Shown here piece by piece: positions 1 through 11,846 of a DNA stretch of 64,000 bases. This stretch comes from Ancylonema sp. (Eukaryota): positions 62,001 to 126,000 of the forward strand of contig JBFLGF010000012.1 of NCBI GenBank assembly GCA_050230475.1, in the 5' to 3' direction. The position numbers and the translations under genes were made by a program. The notes under the pieces are model-generated. The model did no database searches. It was not told the DNA's origin and saw only the letters and a list, made by a program, of their open reading frames with translations. The first letter of the stretch is position 1; each line of letters starts with the position of its first letter.

Positions 1-646
1 CATGGCGACAGCGAGGATCAGGCACACGTTGACGGGACATACAGACAAAGTGGTGGCCACAGATGTGAGCAAGACTTCTGCGAACCGAGCTGTGAGCGCA
101 GCGCACGACCGCACGATCAAAGTGTGGGATCTGGAACGCGGGTATGGCATCAGTACTCTGGTTTGTCATAGCAACTCAAACGATGTCTGCTGGGACCCGG
201 AGTCAGTCGCCATCTGCTCTGCACACGTGGACGGCAACATCAGAGTGTGGGACGCTCGGACCGGGCGGCTGGCGAATGAGGTCGCAGCACATTCCCAAGG
301 GATCACGTCATTGGTCCTCTCCCGCTCAGGCCACACGATGCTGACATGTGGCAGAGACAATGTGGTGCACCTCTTCGATTTCCGGACAATGGAGAGGAGG
401 ACCTCGTTGCGGGCGAGGGAGTTGAAGGTTGCCACGAATTGGAGTCGCGTGTGCATGAGTCCCGATGAGAAGTACATCGCAGCCGGGTCAGCTGATGGGT
501 CGGTGGTGGTTTGGGATCAGGCGACACCGGAGTCGGAAAAATTGTTGAGGGGTCACAACCACCCTGTGCTGACTTGCTGCTGGAGTGTGATTGGGCAGCC
601 GCTAGCAACCGCAGACAAGGCGGGGAACGTGATCCTGTGGGGGTAG
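1..646 (+). CDS. ATG16: Autophagy-related protein 16, C-terminal WD40 domain (last exon; gene starts upstream of window)
   Basis: Serial WD40 repeats (TLTGHTDKV, SAAHDRTIKVWD, HVDGNIRVWD, AAGSADGSVVVW) plus NWSRVCMSPD and CCWSVIGQPLATADK, matching the plant ATG16 C-terminus as recalled; stop at 646. Confidence 0.88.
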   Translation, partial: MATARIRHTLTGHTDKVVATDVSKTSANRAVSAAHDRTIKVWDLERGYGISTLVCHSNSNDVCWDPESVAICSAHVDGNIRVWDARTGRLANEVAAHSQGITSLVLSRSGHTMLTCGRDNVVHLFDFRTMERRTSLRARELKVATNWSRVCMSPDEKYIAAGSADGSVVVWDQATPESEKLLRGHNHPVLTCCWSVIGQPLATADKAGNVILWG

Positions 647-1809
647 AACGCTGGCCACCAAGACTCTCTGCTCCTCGTGGGTGACCAACAATCACATGGC
701 ATTCGGACGCTTTAAAGCATCACCTTTTTGTACAGAACGTGCAGGTGTCGTTGCTTGTTATAAAGTATATGTATCGAGACATAAGAAGGAGCAACCCAGG
801 GTGGATAGAGCCACGCAGCTTAGGAGGTGAGATACTATGTGTGTCATCGCTGTATATATGAGAATTTTGCTGCCAGGCGAGGCAGAGGGTGGTCGAGTTA
901 CGAATGTACACTTGTAGAAATTGAGGAGGCAGCATGAATGAATGTGGTATCAATAAGCACGAAAGTATGTGAAAATTCACGAGTAAATACAGCTAAGAGA
1001 TGTACGCCCCGCCAGCCACTAACAAGAATGAGGCCAAATGTAGGGAGTGAATCATTGCTACAGGTAGCACTATCATTTGGTGCACAATACGAACACACAA
1101 TCGATACTCTAATATCGAGCCATGCCTCGAGGTTGTACCAGATTGGGCGGAGCATCCAATTGAATGTGTGATATAATCCCTTTGCAATACATGGGCGTTT
1201 GATAGATATACATCCTACGGAGGCAGGAGGGCTGACTACCGTTCGTGGATACGTTTGCAATTCATATGAGATCGATACAAATAAGGTGAACGGGCTCTAC
1301 TCGTATGCTTCATTCCTTGAGCCAATCTGCTGAACTCCATGGGTACTCGCACATATTTTGGCGCTGCCCGTCATGTGAATGTGCTTTTGCATGCCAAGTG
1401 GTAGTTGATATTACTAAATACAAATGGACACCCATAATGAATGTTTATTAATGCTACGGTGGCCATGCTAGCGGCTGAGCCCGGGCACCATGTATCCAAT
1501 GGTGCTTAGTGACACATTTTCCTTTTTTAAGGGTATGCTGCAAGATAATAGCAGTCGTCCCATCTAGGCATGCATTATATCATGCACATGACATATGATG
1601 TCACATCGGGGATCATGGATATTTACTTACATGATCTAGAAGACGCTTGTGGAAGGTTTTCTGGTTGCAACCACTTGTTGGCCCACTACACTACATTGAT
1701 CAGACAGAGACGGCATATTGCCCTCATTTATGTGGAGTATCTCCTACCTTCGAACGCCTCCATATTCAGAGTGACATGTCATTCAAAACCCTTATGTATC
1801 CATCTATAG

Positions 1810-1868
1810 CCAAAGCTACCAAAGCTACCAAAGCTACCAAAGCTACCAAAGCTACCAAAGCTACCAAA
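1810..1868. repeat. 9-bp tandem repeat (CCAAAGCTA) about x6
   Basis: Directly visible; explains KATKATKAT in ORF 1647..1943. Confidence 0.95.
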
Positions 1869-1959
1869 CCACTTGTCCGCATATGCTACACACCACACGT
1901 CACATGGTTGTTTACAACATGTATATTGTACACAAAGGTATAAAACCTAAAGTTATGGC

Positions 1960-3100
1960 GGAGGACCGTAGGCTATGAGTTGCAAGCATTGCCATGCTGC
2001 CTCCCTTTAAACCTTCGAGGGATCTACGGAAAAATGACGTAGATACCTCGAAGTTGCAAGAGGCGGAAGACAGCCTCACCGCCTTGCCAGATTGCCGACT
2101 ACCCAAGAAAATCTTGAACGCAATGAACATTTTTAGCACAACCCGGGCTGCAATAGTTTCTTTTCTTCTAGGGTGTCACACAGGTACTAATATGATTTTC
2201 CTCTGTCCCCTTCATGCCCTAACGCCCCTGCTTCTGCGCCGTGTCACCACAGTGATGTGCGGCAACATCCTGGCCTCATCCTCCCCGATGAGTCTTGACT
2301 TAATGTTATTATACGTCTTTTTCTGTCTCTTTTCACTTCCACCCCCAGGATGTGGGTTAGGGGTCCCAGGTCCTTCATCTTAAAATTCTGGCCCATTTCT
2401 TGCTTAAATCGTGCAATAACCGGCTATTGCCTGGTTGTCCACATGTATGCCCAGTATAATTCGGTTGGAACCAGATCCCCGAGTATAGATACATGTGTCC
2501 ATTTTTAATTGGTTAAATCCAGCACCTATCATGAAGGAGTGAAACATATTATTCCATATATTACTAGACTGATTTAATCCGTATAGTGCACCCAACATTT
2601 TTAATACCTTACCCTCAGTATTACCTTTAATATTCATATAAGGTGGTGTTTTCATATTTACTTCTTCCTCGAGCCTACCATGCACGAAGGCCATTACCAC
2701 ATCCATTTGTTCTAATTCACAGTCCTCTTGGTTGCTTATGGCCAGCAATAGGCTGATGTATGTACTATCTAATACAGGTGCGAATACTTCATTATAATCA
2801 ATACCTTCTTGTTGTAGAAATCCCTGAGCTACTAGCCTCACCTTATATTTTTCCATATCTCCATTTGGTTTATATTTGGTTTTAAATACGTATTTACACC
2901 CAACTGGCTTCTTACCTGGGGTTTGATCTACCACCTCGAAGGTGTTGAAAGCTTCCAGAGATTTAAGCTCGTCTTGGATTGCTGCCTCCCATTTAGGCCA
3001 GTCAGGCCTTTTGGAGGCCTGTGACACAGACAATGGATCGGAGGATTTAGTGGACTGAGCTGCGTTACAATACCCCGGATCCAAAGGGCCATTGAAACCA
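1960..3100 (-). mobile_element. Degenerate Ty1/copia reverse transcriptase fragment
   Basis: WEAAIQDELKSL, GCKYVFKTK, YKVRLVAQGFLQQEGIDYNEVFAPV, QMDVVMAFVHG, LYGLNQS; YVDD degraded to HVDN. Continues after a frameshift near 2404 as FKQEMGQNFKMKDLGPLTHILGVEV. Left boundary approximate. Confidence 0.92.
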
Positions 3101-4198
3101 GTTAAGTCTTCGAGGGAAGGTTTCCATTTTGTAGAGCTCTTCACATTTCCATCTTGCACTAACTGCGTTTGCTTCACAAACAATTGAAACACCTCATTGC
3201 ATTTCTCGTCTGCCTCCACAATTGAGGACCTCCTCATACTGAGAGCTTTCTTTCCCTTCCCATGTCCAGCACCTCCCTTCCACCCCCTCCTATGTTTTCT
3301 CTCCCTATCATTCACGTCTGACTTTACGGGTTCCTCTGCATCAGCTCTGCGGTCATGCGGTGTGTTGCAGTGCTTCCACGGGTTCCCCTTCGAGGCTGAT
3401 GGGGGGTCGGGTGCAGTGTGGGGGGGCATGCCAGAAGCCACTGCTGCTTCCCAGCTGTTGATGCTGGAGGTGAGAACTTTGGTGGCGCCGGCTCCCCGGG
3501 AAGCCGAGCGGCGGTGTTTGGCAGGATGGTCGCCGGGGCGGGCGGTGGCGGTTGTTAAGCCGTCGGGTCTGCTTAAACGCTGGTGCCTTCGCCTTCTATC
3601 AGCCTGATGGTCCTATAACCCCAAAAATTCTTCCTAGGAGATGAAAAAAGAAAGGTAGAAGCTCAGGTATTCTGCAGGAAATACAGCTATAGAGTATGTT
3701 CTGGCTATGAGTGAACAACTGGCTATCGACCCAGCAGATGAGAGCCAATTTCAGTTTTTTTATGCGCGAATAAGCGTATTTTTATTATTTTTATGGAAAC
3801 GCGTTGCAATTGAGGGGACTGTGGCTTTCAGTCTCAAGCTAGCCTGGATATTTTGGTGTACTTGCGCCAATTACCGATAAATTGGCGCAAGTACCACCTC
3901 TGCCGAGAGCGCAGAGTGCAGAACTCACCAGCACTGCTGCAACCTCAGCATCCTTGGCCCACTCCGTTCGTGACTTGTGTCGATCCATTTTCGGGCGAAC
4001 ATAGTAAGTCCTCCCGTAACTGAGAATGGTATCTGCAGGAAGCTTGAGGCGCTTACCAGTAGCTCCTTTCAAAATTTGTTCGGCAGAGGTTACAAAACAA
4101 TGCGGGAAACTGAGTATGACCTCTCCAACGGTTATCTCTTTTTGAACGTCCAGGATGCCACCGTCGGGCAGGATGATATGAAAAACGTGTTTTGACTC
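3100..4198 (-). CDS. DUF4228/PADRE-like protein (exons about 4198-3929 and 3612-3100; first exon unresolved; 3' end runs into copia sequence; possibly pseudogene)
   Basis: Minus frame reads HVFHIILPDGGILDVQKEITVGEVILSFPHCFV...LPADTILSYGRTYYVRP, the DUF4228 pattern. GTGAGT donor at 3928; phase-0 AG at 3614-3613; next exon ends in KWKPSLEDL, resembling the PADRE WxPxLxxIxE tail. Confidence 0.7.
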
Positions 4199-6134
4199 TG
4201 CGGCGCCCGATGTTGAGAAGAAGGAGCGGACCGTACGAAATGGACCAGAACTCGTCGTGGCTCACTCGATGTTGTAGGTGGTCCATTTCATATCCATGCC
4301 TGATGCCATGTGCAGAATATTCACAGGAGGTGCGATTGGGTATCCTGCCTCTTGGCGGGTGGCTCGCGTATACATACCATATCATTTGGAAAATCTATCG
4401 TTTAATATCAGTCGCGGTGATTTGCGGGCAATTCTCCGTGACCCCGAGCTCACTTTTGACGAATTGAGCCCTCGAGCTCAGGTTCTTCGTTCAAGTATTC
4501 GTGAACTTCGTGCCGGGCGCATCTCTTAAGGCTTACTTTATGGTCACTCCCATGTATCGCCCCCTGGACTCATGACGGTTGAACGCAGAATTGAGGGCAA
4601 TTCTGGGTGCCCGAGTGCCTGGTGCTCGTGCTGACGTGGTCCACAGTTCACAAAGGTCTATCGATATTTGCATGCGTCAAATTCCAAAGTGCCTCCGTGA
4701 ACAACACTAGCGCCACTGTACGGCACTGCACTGCGGGAGCTGCATTGCTCTTCGGACCAGACCAGCTCCTGCGGCTCCCGTCGATGGTAAGAGACCGTAT
4801 TGTCGCAGGTGAGGCGGGAGCAGCTGAAAGTGTCAACGCACTGGGATTCCTGTAGACAAATCTCACGCACCGTTCCGCATTTAGTAGTGGCTGTTACGCA
4901 CAGATTTGTCGTGGCTCTCTCCTCGGAGTTGCGAAATTTGTTTGCCTGCAGGCGTGATGATTGTTGGTCGGCCTTTGTCGAGGAGCAAAGAAAACTCAAA
5001 AATTCATGTGCGTCTATCAGTGAAGGTAAGTCATCAACTTGTGGGAAATTTATGACGAATCAAATCCCCACTGGTGTGGTTGTGCTTGAAGCACCTACCG
5101 CGAGGTTCGAATCCTCCATGGGCTAAAGAATTATGGAATGACGTATTGCCGAGACGTTAGCTGTTTTAAAATATGAAATTCTGATCGCTTTAATGATCGT
5201 GTCTATTCTACTGTTCACTTCAAATCAAATCTCTGTGCATGTCCCCGGTATGACCCAGTACTTCTCTACAACAACGTTTCTACATCAATTACTGGATTTT
5301 AAGATTGACACCAACTATAATTATATTGCGAGTACGGACCGGTCACTCTATGTGTGTTAGATTTCAGCTCGTGCACGATCGCTTCAATCTAAAGTTTTTA
5401 AATCTTTCTACTCGATCTCGGATCACATGCGCTTATGATACCAGGCACTTCTACCTGAATTTCTCTAGCAAGTCTGAATCACGTTTGTGTCAGCAACTTC
5501 GTATTCCCTGCGACATCGCATCTGGAATTCTGTAGGTAACTAGATATAGCTCATGATATACCACTGCAATTTGAAGTTCCTAAAAACTCAAAACTCAAAT
5601 TATGTGCGTTAGTGTATCCATGTAGCCGCAATTTTCAATTTCTCAACTTGCTAAATGAAACTCAAGTCGTGTGATTCTCTTTTGCTCCAATTCCGGGGTT
5701 TTGTTCCTTCATATGCACATGTTCAGAAAATACAATTCATTGTTTCAGTCTTACTAGTTTCAAATCCAGAGTACATGCGTTTATATGATCAGATATTTTA
5801 TATATACACACTGACGATTGCGTAAGAGCGCAAGCTGAATATGCCCGTCTATACCTCATTGAACCACTGTAAAACTCACGCTATAAACCTGAACCTCACC
5901 ACATATTAATCAAAGGATGCAAAGCAAGAAGCCGATGGTCATTCGCATACATGCGTCACATGCGTAAATTGTTTCTCCGTATCAAAACTGAAGTACGAAT
6001 TACATTCGAAAGTTGCAAGGATAACGTATTTTAGTGGAAGCATGGGCCAACCTCACTGATGAGATGTTGCGTTCTAGGGGGGGGGGGGGGGGGACACGTT
6101 GAAGCAGCGAGATGCATGCACTTATTTAGTACCG

Positions 6135-7338
6135 TGTCGGACAATAAACACTCGTGTGCTTATATGGTGAGAGTCGTGGCTTATACAAGAGAATATGCCT
6201 AATTAAGTTAAATGCGCTTAATTCGGTTTATTATGCTTATATAGTGAAAGGTGCTTATACGGTGAAATGCGCCCATAACATCGAAATGTTCGTATACGGT
6301 AGAATTAAAGCGTTACGGCATTTGCGGTCATTTATCCATGTTTGGCACATGAGTGGGTAGTGAACGAAGTTATTCCATTAGACACGTGTCTTGTCAGAAC
6401 GTATCACTAGTCCTTAAGTTTCGATTGACGACCGAAGGCCTTAGTTAGCTAAACATTGTTATTTCGCCGCCATTTACGGCACCATATTCGCTAGACTCTG
6501 ACACCAGGCGTACATGCAACACGTGACTGAGCAGACGGAGGAACACATCACTTGTTGCACCCACTACACTATGACATAGACACATAGGAAGATGCGGTGT
6601 CTTGAGAATATATTCCGATAGAGACAAATATGTGATAGATACCTCCTGTCCTTTATGTATCATGGGCGATCAATGGCGGAAGCCAGCAATGCTGCTGTGT
6701 GTTAGAATATGCTCTACTCCAGATATGCATTGCATCTAGCTCTCCTAGTAACATGCATGACGTAGCCATAGGTAATACTTGGCTATTAATGCATTAGAGG
6801 TAATGTCGGTGTGGCTGGTAGCCATTAGCGGTGCCGTAAGAAGATGTCGATCTGATAGGAACTGATTAGTATAAAAGATTGTAACAATTGTACTCAGAGC
6901 TAATTTGGTCTCAGTACGCCTCGGGAACCGCTGCTAAAACAACTTACCAAAATATCGTGTTTTGTGCGTTCGGCTGGGAATTAACCTTTTTGTCAAATCT
7001 CTGCAATCGAGTATTATCTTTTCACCCATTGAGTTCAATTCATACGCTCAGCATTATTCAGAATCGCATACTTTACATACAGTCCAAGGGCATCCCTTGC
7101 CTTAGGAAGACTAGAAAATGCATTTTGCCATTAAGTCGACACTTGTGATGGATAACAATGGCTTATGAGAATCGAATGTGAATGTGTATCCGACCTCGAC
7201 TTGGTCATGCTTCATAAGGATACATTCATGTGTAATAAAACGTCGCAATTCGCACGTGTGAAATGTATATATCGGCAAGATTCGTTATATGCAACCATTC
7301 GCACGTGAGACATGAGCACGACGCCATATGGTACGACA
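6135..7338 (+). mobile_element. Solo-LTR-like unit (1.2 kb) with 4-bp TSD ACCG
   Basis: Starts TGTCGG, ends ACGACA, ACCG on both sides (6131-6134, 7339-7342); shares GGGAACCGCTG, TTCGGCTG, CCTTGCC..AGG and TCGTTATA blocks with the ends of element 10896-17416. Confidence 0.85.
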
Positions 7339-8020
7339 ACCGTGAACAATAGCATGTAGGAAATAAACCGACCGACGTACTAGCGAATTTCGCATTTCTA
7401 AAGCACCACCGTGCCACGGCCACCTCAATGATATCCGTCAATGCATCTTAGCAGCAGCGATGCTGCTTCTCGTGCAAGACGTTACCAAAATTACCGGCCC
7501 TCAGCCGCCTGCTCTCAGCTGCGAGGCAAGGTTTTCTGCATACGTCCTGTACATCGTTTCCTGAAGGATACGACTGAGTCCCCTCCGAATCGTACAGTCT
7601 CGTATCGTACGGGATGGACGAACACATTGTTGACGTGGCATCGAGCTCAGCAGCACGAAGTTTGCACAAGCAAATGAAAAGGGAAGTTGTCGATCTTCAA
7701 CGGTGCAAGATTAGTCGAGGACTATGACAATATCCTGAAAGCTTGGATGGCACATTACCGAGCGACATACAAATAGGTTGCAATCAGCTATACACATAAT
7801 GTACATGTCAAGTATGTCGAAGGTTGCTCTCCCATTGGCAATTTAACACACCTCTTGGCACAAAAATCTGGTGCAAGATGAAAAAATATACATAAAATCA
7901 CCACCTACTTTAAATGGACCGCATATCTCCTCAAGAGAGAGACCATTATTGAGCAGATCGTCCCAAACGTCAAAGATCCTATTGGTAGCTATTGGGAGGT
8001 AGAACTGGTTGTGAGTGGCG

Positions 8021-9300
8021 CTAGAAGAGGGCAGCTGCCATCCTGAGAAGGTTACCCCCTTCCATAGAAGCTATTTTGGGCATGTAATCAACCTCAAACT
8101 CGACTATGCTTTCTAAATTCGGTTGCCACTTAGAATCTAAGGAATGGTCCAGTCCTGCAGGCTGATTGATTCGATAGAGTTGTAGTTGACGATGATAGAA
8201 ATCCATTTTTTTTTCTTCTTCCTCTGTCTCTTCCTCGAAAATGTGTGTTTTGGAGAGCAGCCTCCACCGCTCCGAAGTCTTTAATTCCGATTCCGCCAAT
8301 TCCTCTTCTTCCAGACCCTCTCCCCCCGTGCCTTCCTCTCTGAGAGTATAGAAAGGCTGGCGGTAGATGGGGGATTTGGGAATGGAGGTGAAGGTGTTGC
8401 ATCGGGCGCTCAACTGTCGGTGAATAGGGGGCAGAGGTGTGGGAGGGGTCCTTTCAGCTATGATCAAACTGGCTTGGGCACTCGATAGGCGGAGAAGCGA
8501 GGGAGGGACATTAGGACTCTGGTCCTGGGGGGGTGAAGCAGCAGGAGTCGTGTCGCTTTTGCAACAGTCGTCACCATAAGGTATTGAAATGGGCCACAAG
8601 ATGTGGGTGGTATCTGCGTCGAAGCTAGGAGATCCGCAGGTAGAGGATTGGTGGCTGCTGGTTGGAGAGCTTTCAGTAGAGGAGTGGCCTCGGGCGACAA
8701 AAGATGGCACAAGGGCGTCTGACCACTTCTGGAAAGGGAGGATAGACTCCACCTTCCTCTTCTCCTCTACAGAGTGTGGGGAGTCTTGTATAGACTGCTT
8801 CGGGGATTTCTGCAAAATGAATGTGCAGGCCACGAAAATCACTGAGACTAGCCAACTTGTCAATCGCCCAAGAGAAGGGGCCACAACACAGGCAGTGCAA
8901 AATAATTGCTACACAGGTGAAATCCACTCGCGAAACCACCATGCAGCCACCAGTGCAAAAAAAAAATTGGTCCGGTTTCAAAGCCGCGGGACCTGTGTGT
9001 ACATACAGGCTTCTAAAATCCAGGTTCACTGATTAAAAAGTATGGATAATGGTCTGGGTCTTTGTCTCAGCATAGGAGCAGATGCAGGACCTTGTGATCA
9101 TCAGAGCCCTTGCCTAGCCATCGTGAGAAAGCCAGAACTCGGCGATGCTCTCATTCAGAAATAGGCGACGTTGAAATTTGGATGGCCCCATCTAGCCATA
9201 GTTGAGTGCTGTGAGCGCTTAACCATAACGTTCACGAGAAGATACAGGATAGAAAAAATACCTTTCCTCTGAACAAGAATTTCCGCGGAAGCACTGCCAT
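8021..9300 (-). CDS. Hypothetical Ser/Pro/Glu-rich protein with KWQPNLESIVE motif (predicted exons 9300-9262, 8809-8021)
   Basis: ATG at 9300 gives MAVLPRKFLFRGK then a GT donor; TTTTGCAG acceptor at 8810 joins in phase 0 to the long ORF ending at 8021. No recognisable folded domain. Confidence 0.55.
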
Positions 9301-10607
9301 TTACGTCGCTGATTACGGCGCCGTCAAGTTAGCCCTATTCAGTGATTGCTGGCTGATCGTGCGAATTCACTTCCGAATCAATCCCACCCCACCGAGTATG
9401 ACTACCGCTTCACGAGATCACGGTCCGCTCCAACCTAGCGCACGACTCCCACGTTCAATGTCGACATCTTCATGAATCGTACGATCCTTGGGCGTAGAAA
9501 CTGCCGTCAATGCTACAATGAAGTCGCAGCTGATTGAGATGTAAGTGGTATCATTGCAGTCATTTTCAGCTCGTTCCAGACAGAAAGATCCCTCAGTCGA
9601 TCAATACCATCTTCCAAAGATTCTCAGTAAGTCGCCAAGAAGATGCATTATGACATCGGGACCGCAAGGATGAGGCTGAGACAATTAGGGCGCGTGTGAT
9701 TGCTCGGGCTGAGACCGTGATCTCATGTTCTAAGTTTCCTTGTGCACTGAGCACGACACAAGGAAAATCTTGATGTTGAGCACTGAGCACGACAGTGCAT
9801 GCGCTGCAGCTCATTTACTAAAAGCGAGTGGATGTGACGAGTGGCTTGCCGACCTCCTGTTTTATCTGCACGTTTCTGGACTGTCTGACCGCCATACGCG
9901 TTGACTGCGGATCTCGTTTGCCACGGAGCGACAATCTCGTATGCGCGGCCAGCAAAACTGAAATTATTTGATAACAGAGAAAGAACTGTGTACAGTAAAT
10001 ACTCGTTATGGGCATAGCTTTGAAACATGGGAAATGTGTGCCTATAACAGGGTTTTTCTGTAACGTGTACATGTGTTATAGGCGCATTTGCAAGGGGCCT
10101 CAAGTCAGATGGGGAATCCAAAGTTTTGCTCCCAGATCACGGGAACGTCGTCCGTCATGTCGGTGTTCTTTTTTTGACATGCAATTTTGACTTATCGGCC
10201 GACTGGCGCGTGAGTTCATAGTTAACGACCACTCTGTTTAGCCACTCACTTTGAAAAGATTCCATTTTTCGCGAAAATAGTGATTTTTCCTTGGTTTATG
10301 ACCACTCTCTTTTTCATACATAACGAAAACATGAAACGATTCACTCACTTTGAGGCCTCGAAGGGAGTGGCACTGACTTTGATCGTGAGTGCTCGAGACA
10401 TACGTGGTACCCTCGCGGTGAGTTGCTCTCACGTGGGAAATGAATACATTTCGCCCGTGCTTTCGCGAAATATTACGCGCCATACCGAAAACGATCACTA
10501 GTGTGAGTCTCCGGGTAGCCTGCGTCTCTAGCTAATGTCGCTACTACAACACACTGTTCCCGCGACAAGGTGCGATCCAGCCACCCGCGTACTGCAAATA
10601 AATGGGG

Positions 10608-10895
10608 TCACCGCCGAGTCCGTGTGCTGCGGCAGTGCTATTGCAATGCGAGTAACTTGGAGGGTGCGCTTGGCACTAACCAAAATCTTCCCTTCCCATG
10701 GGAAAAAAATCATGGGCGATATCAGAGCCTAAACCCACCCCCCGTTGCCAATAAGTCAGGTCGTATAGGACCGCCTAGGGATGAAGGGTCTATAATCAAT
10801 AAATGGGAGCGGATGGGTGGGTTTTCATCGCACTTCTTAAAGTGCATGGCGTTCCCTCTAGCAAACCACAAGTCGGGGGAATCGGCACAGCAGGA
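10608..10895. repeat. Dispersed repeat interrupted by the gypsy element (resumes 17417-17510; uninterrupted relative at 21962-22325)
   Basis: TCACCGCCGAGTCC...AACCACAAGT aligns by eye to 21962-22234; GGAGCGTGCCTTA...TCAACCATA at 17421-17510 aligns to 22235-22325. Confidence 0.85.
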
Positions 10896-11846
10896 TGTCG
10901 TACTTAAAACGATCGTATGCCTAGACAATGATATATAGAGGAAAACAAGCGATAGTGCTTAAACAATGTATGTGCCTATACAACGATAGCTCTCGTTCGA
11001 ACGAATGTACGCGAGTTAATTAAGGTTACAGTATGCACCCGCGGGGGTACCTAACTTTACGTCTCTATTTGGAACGTGAACCAACCAATATTGGGGAATT
11101 TTAAGTTAGTTTCGGTGTTCTAACTAAGGTCTTAGTTAGAAATCGATCGCAAGACGCGCTCCGCCATTTACGGCGCCTGACAAGCTGACATTGTGTCGGC
11201 GGACTCTTGACAGACGGCACGTAGCTACAGTCCAGGAGTTACACCCGTGCTTGAACTACGCTTTGTAAAATAGACGTCCACGTGAATGGACAGAGTACTT
11301 CAAATATATGCACTTACGACAGTGCCAAAGTATTTGTAGTTTGATATCGATATATGCACTCGCTGCGATCATTTACAGACGCCAGCAATGCATTAGTATG
11401 AATCAGCTCATTCTTGCGGTAGCCATGCATTTTACCTAGTTGCAATATTGATGTATACGACGAGTACATTGTAATACTTGGCTAGGAATGCATTAGCCTA
11501 GATGGGTGCAGCCGCCTAGCGGTGCTGCGAAGAAGATATGCTGGCCAGGCGCAGGCCCAGGGTAGAGGCAGAGACTATATATCTTAGAAAGGTGCTTCTC
11601 AGACCTTAACAGGTCTTTGTAGACCTCGGGAACCGCTGAACAAATCTTGACTCGAACCATCGTGTATTAAGTATTTGTGAAGTGAATTCGGCTGGTGAGA
11701 TCATTGCAATTGAGTTCCTTGAATTTGGGAATTCTTAGAGATTTAATCATTATTGTTTCGAACACATTACGTTCAGTCCGAACGGCATTGCCTTGCCACA
11801 GGAAACTTACAAAGACCTGTTATTACGCTTTCGTTATAAAAAAAAA

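Noticed and set aside
2404..3441. 345-aa ORF as an intact copia pol
   Set aside because: Catalytic YVDD is HVDN, no gag or integrase, and the N-terminal part appears host-derived.
9811..10503. Possible Helitron or CACTA element (TCATTTACTA start, CACTAGTG end)
   Set aside because: No convincing hairpin, TIR pair or TSD.
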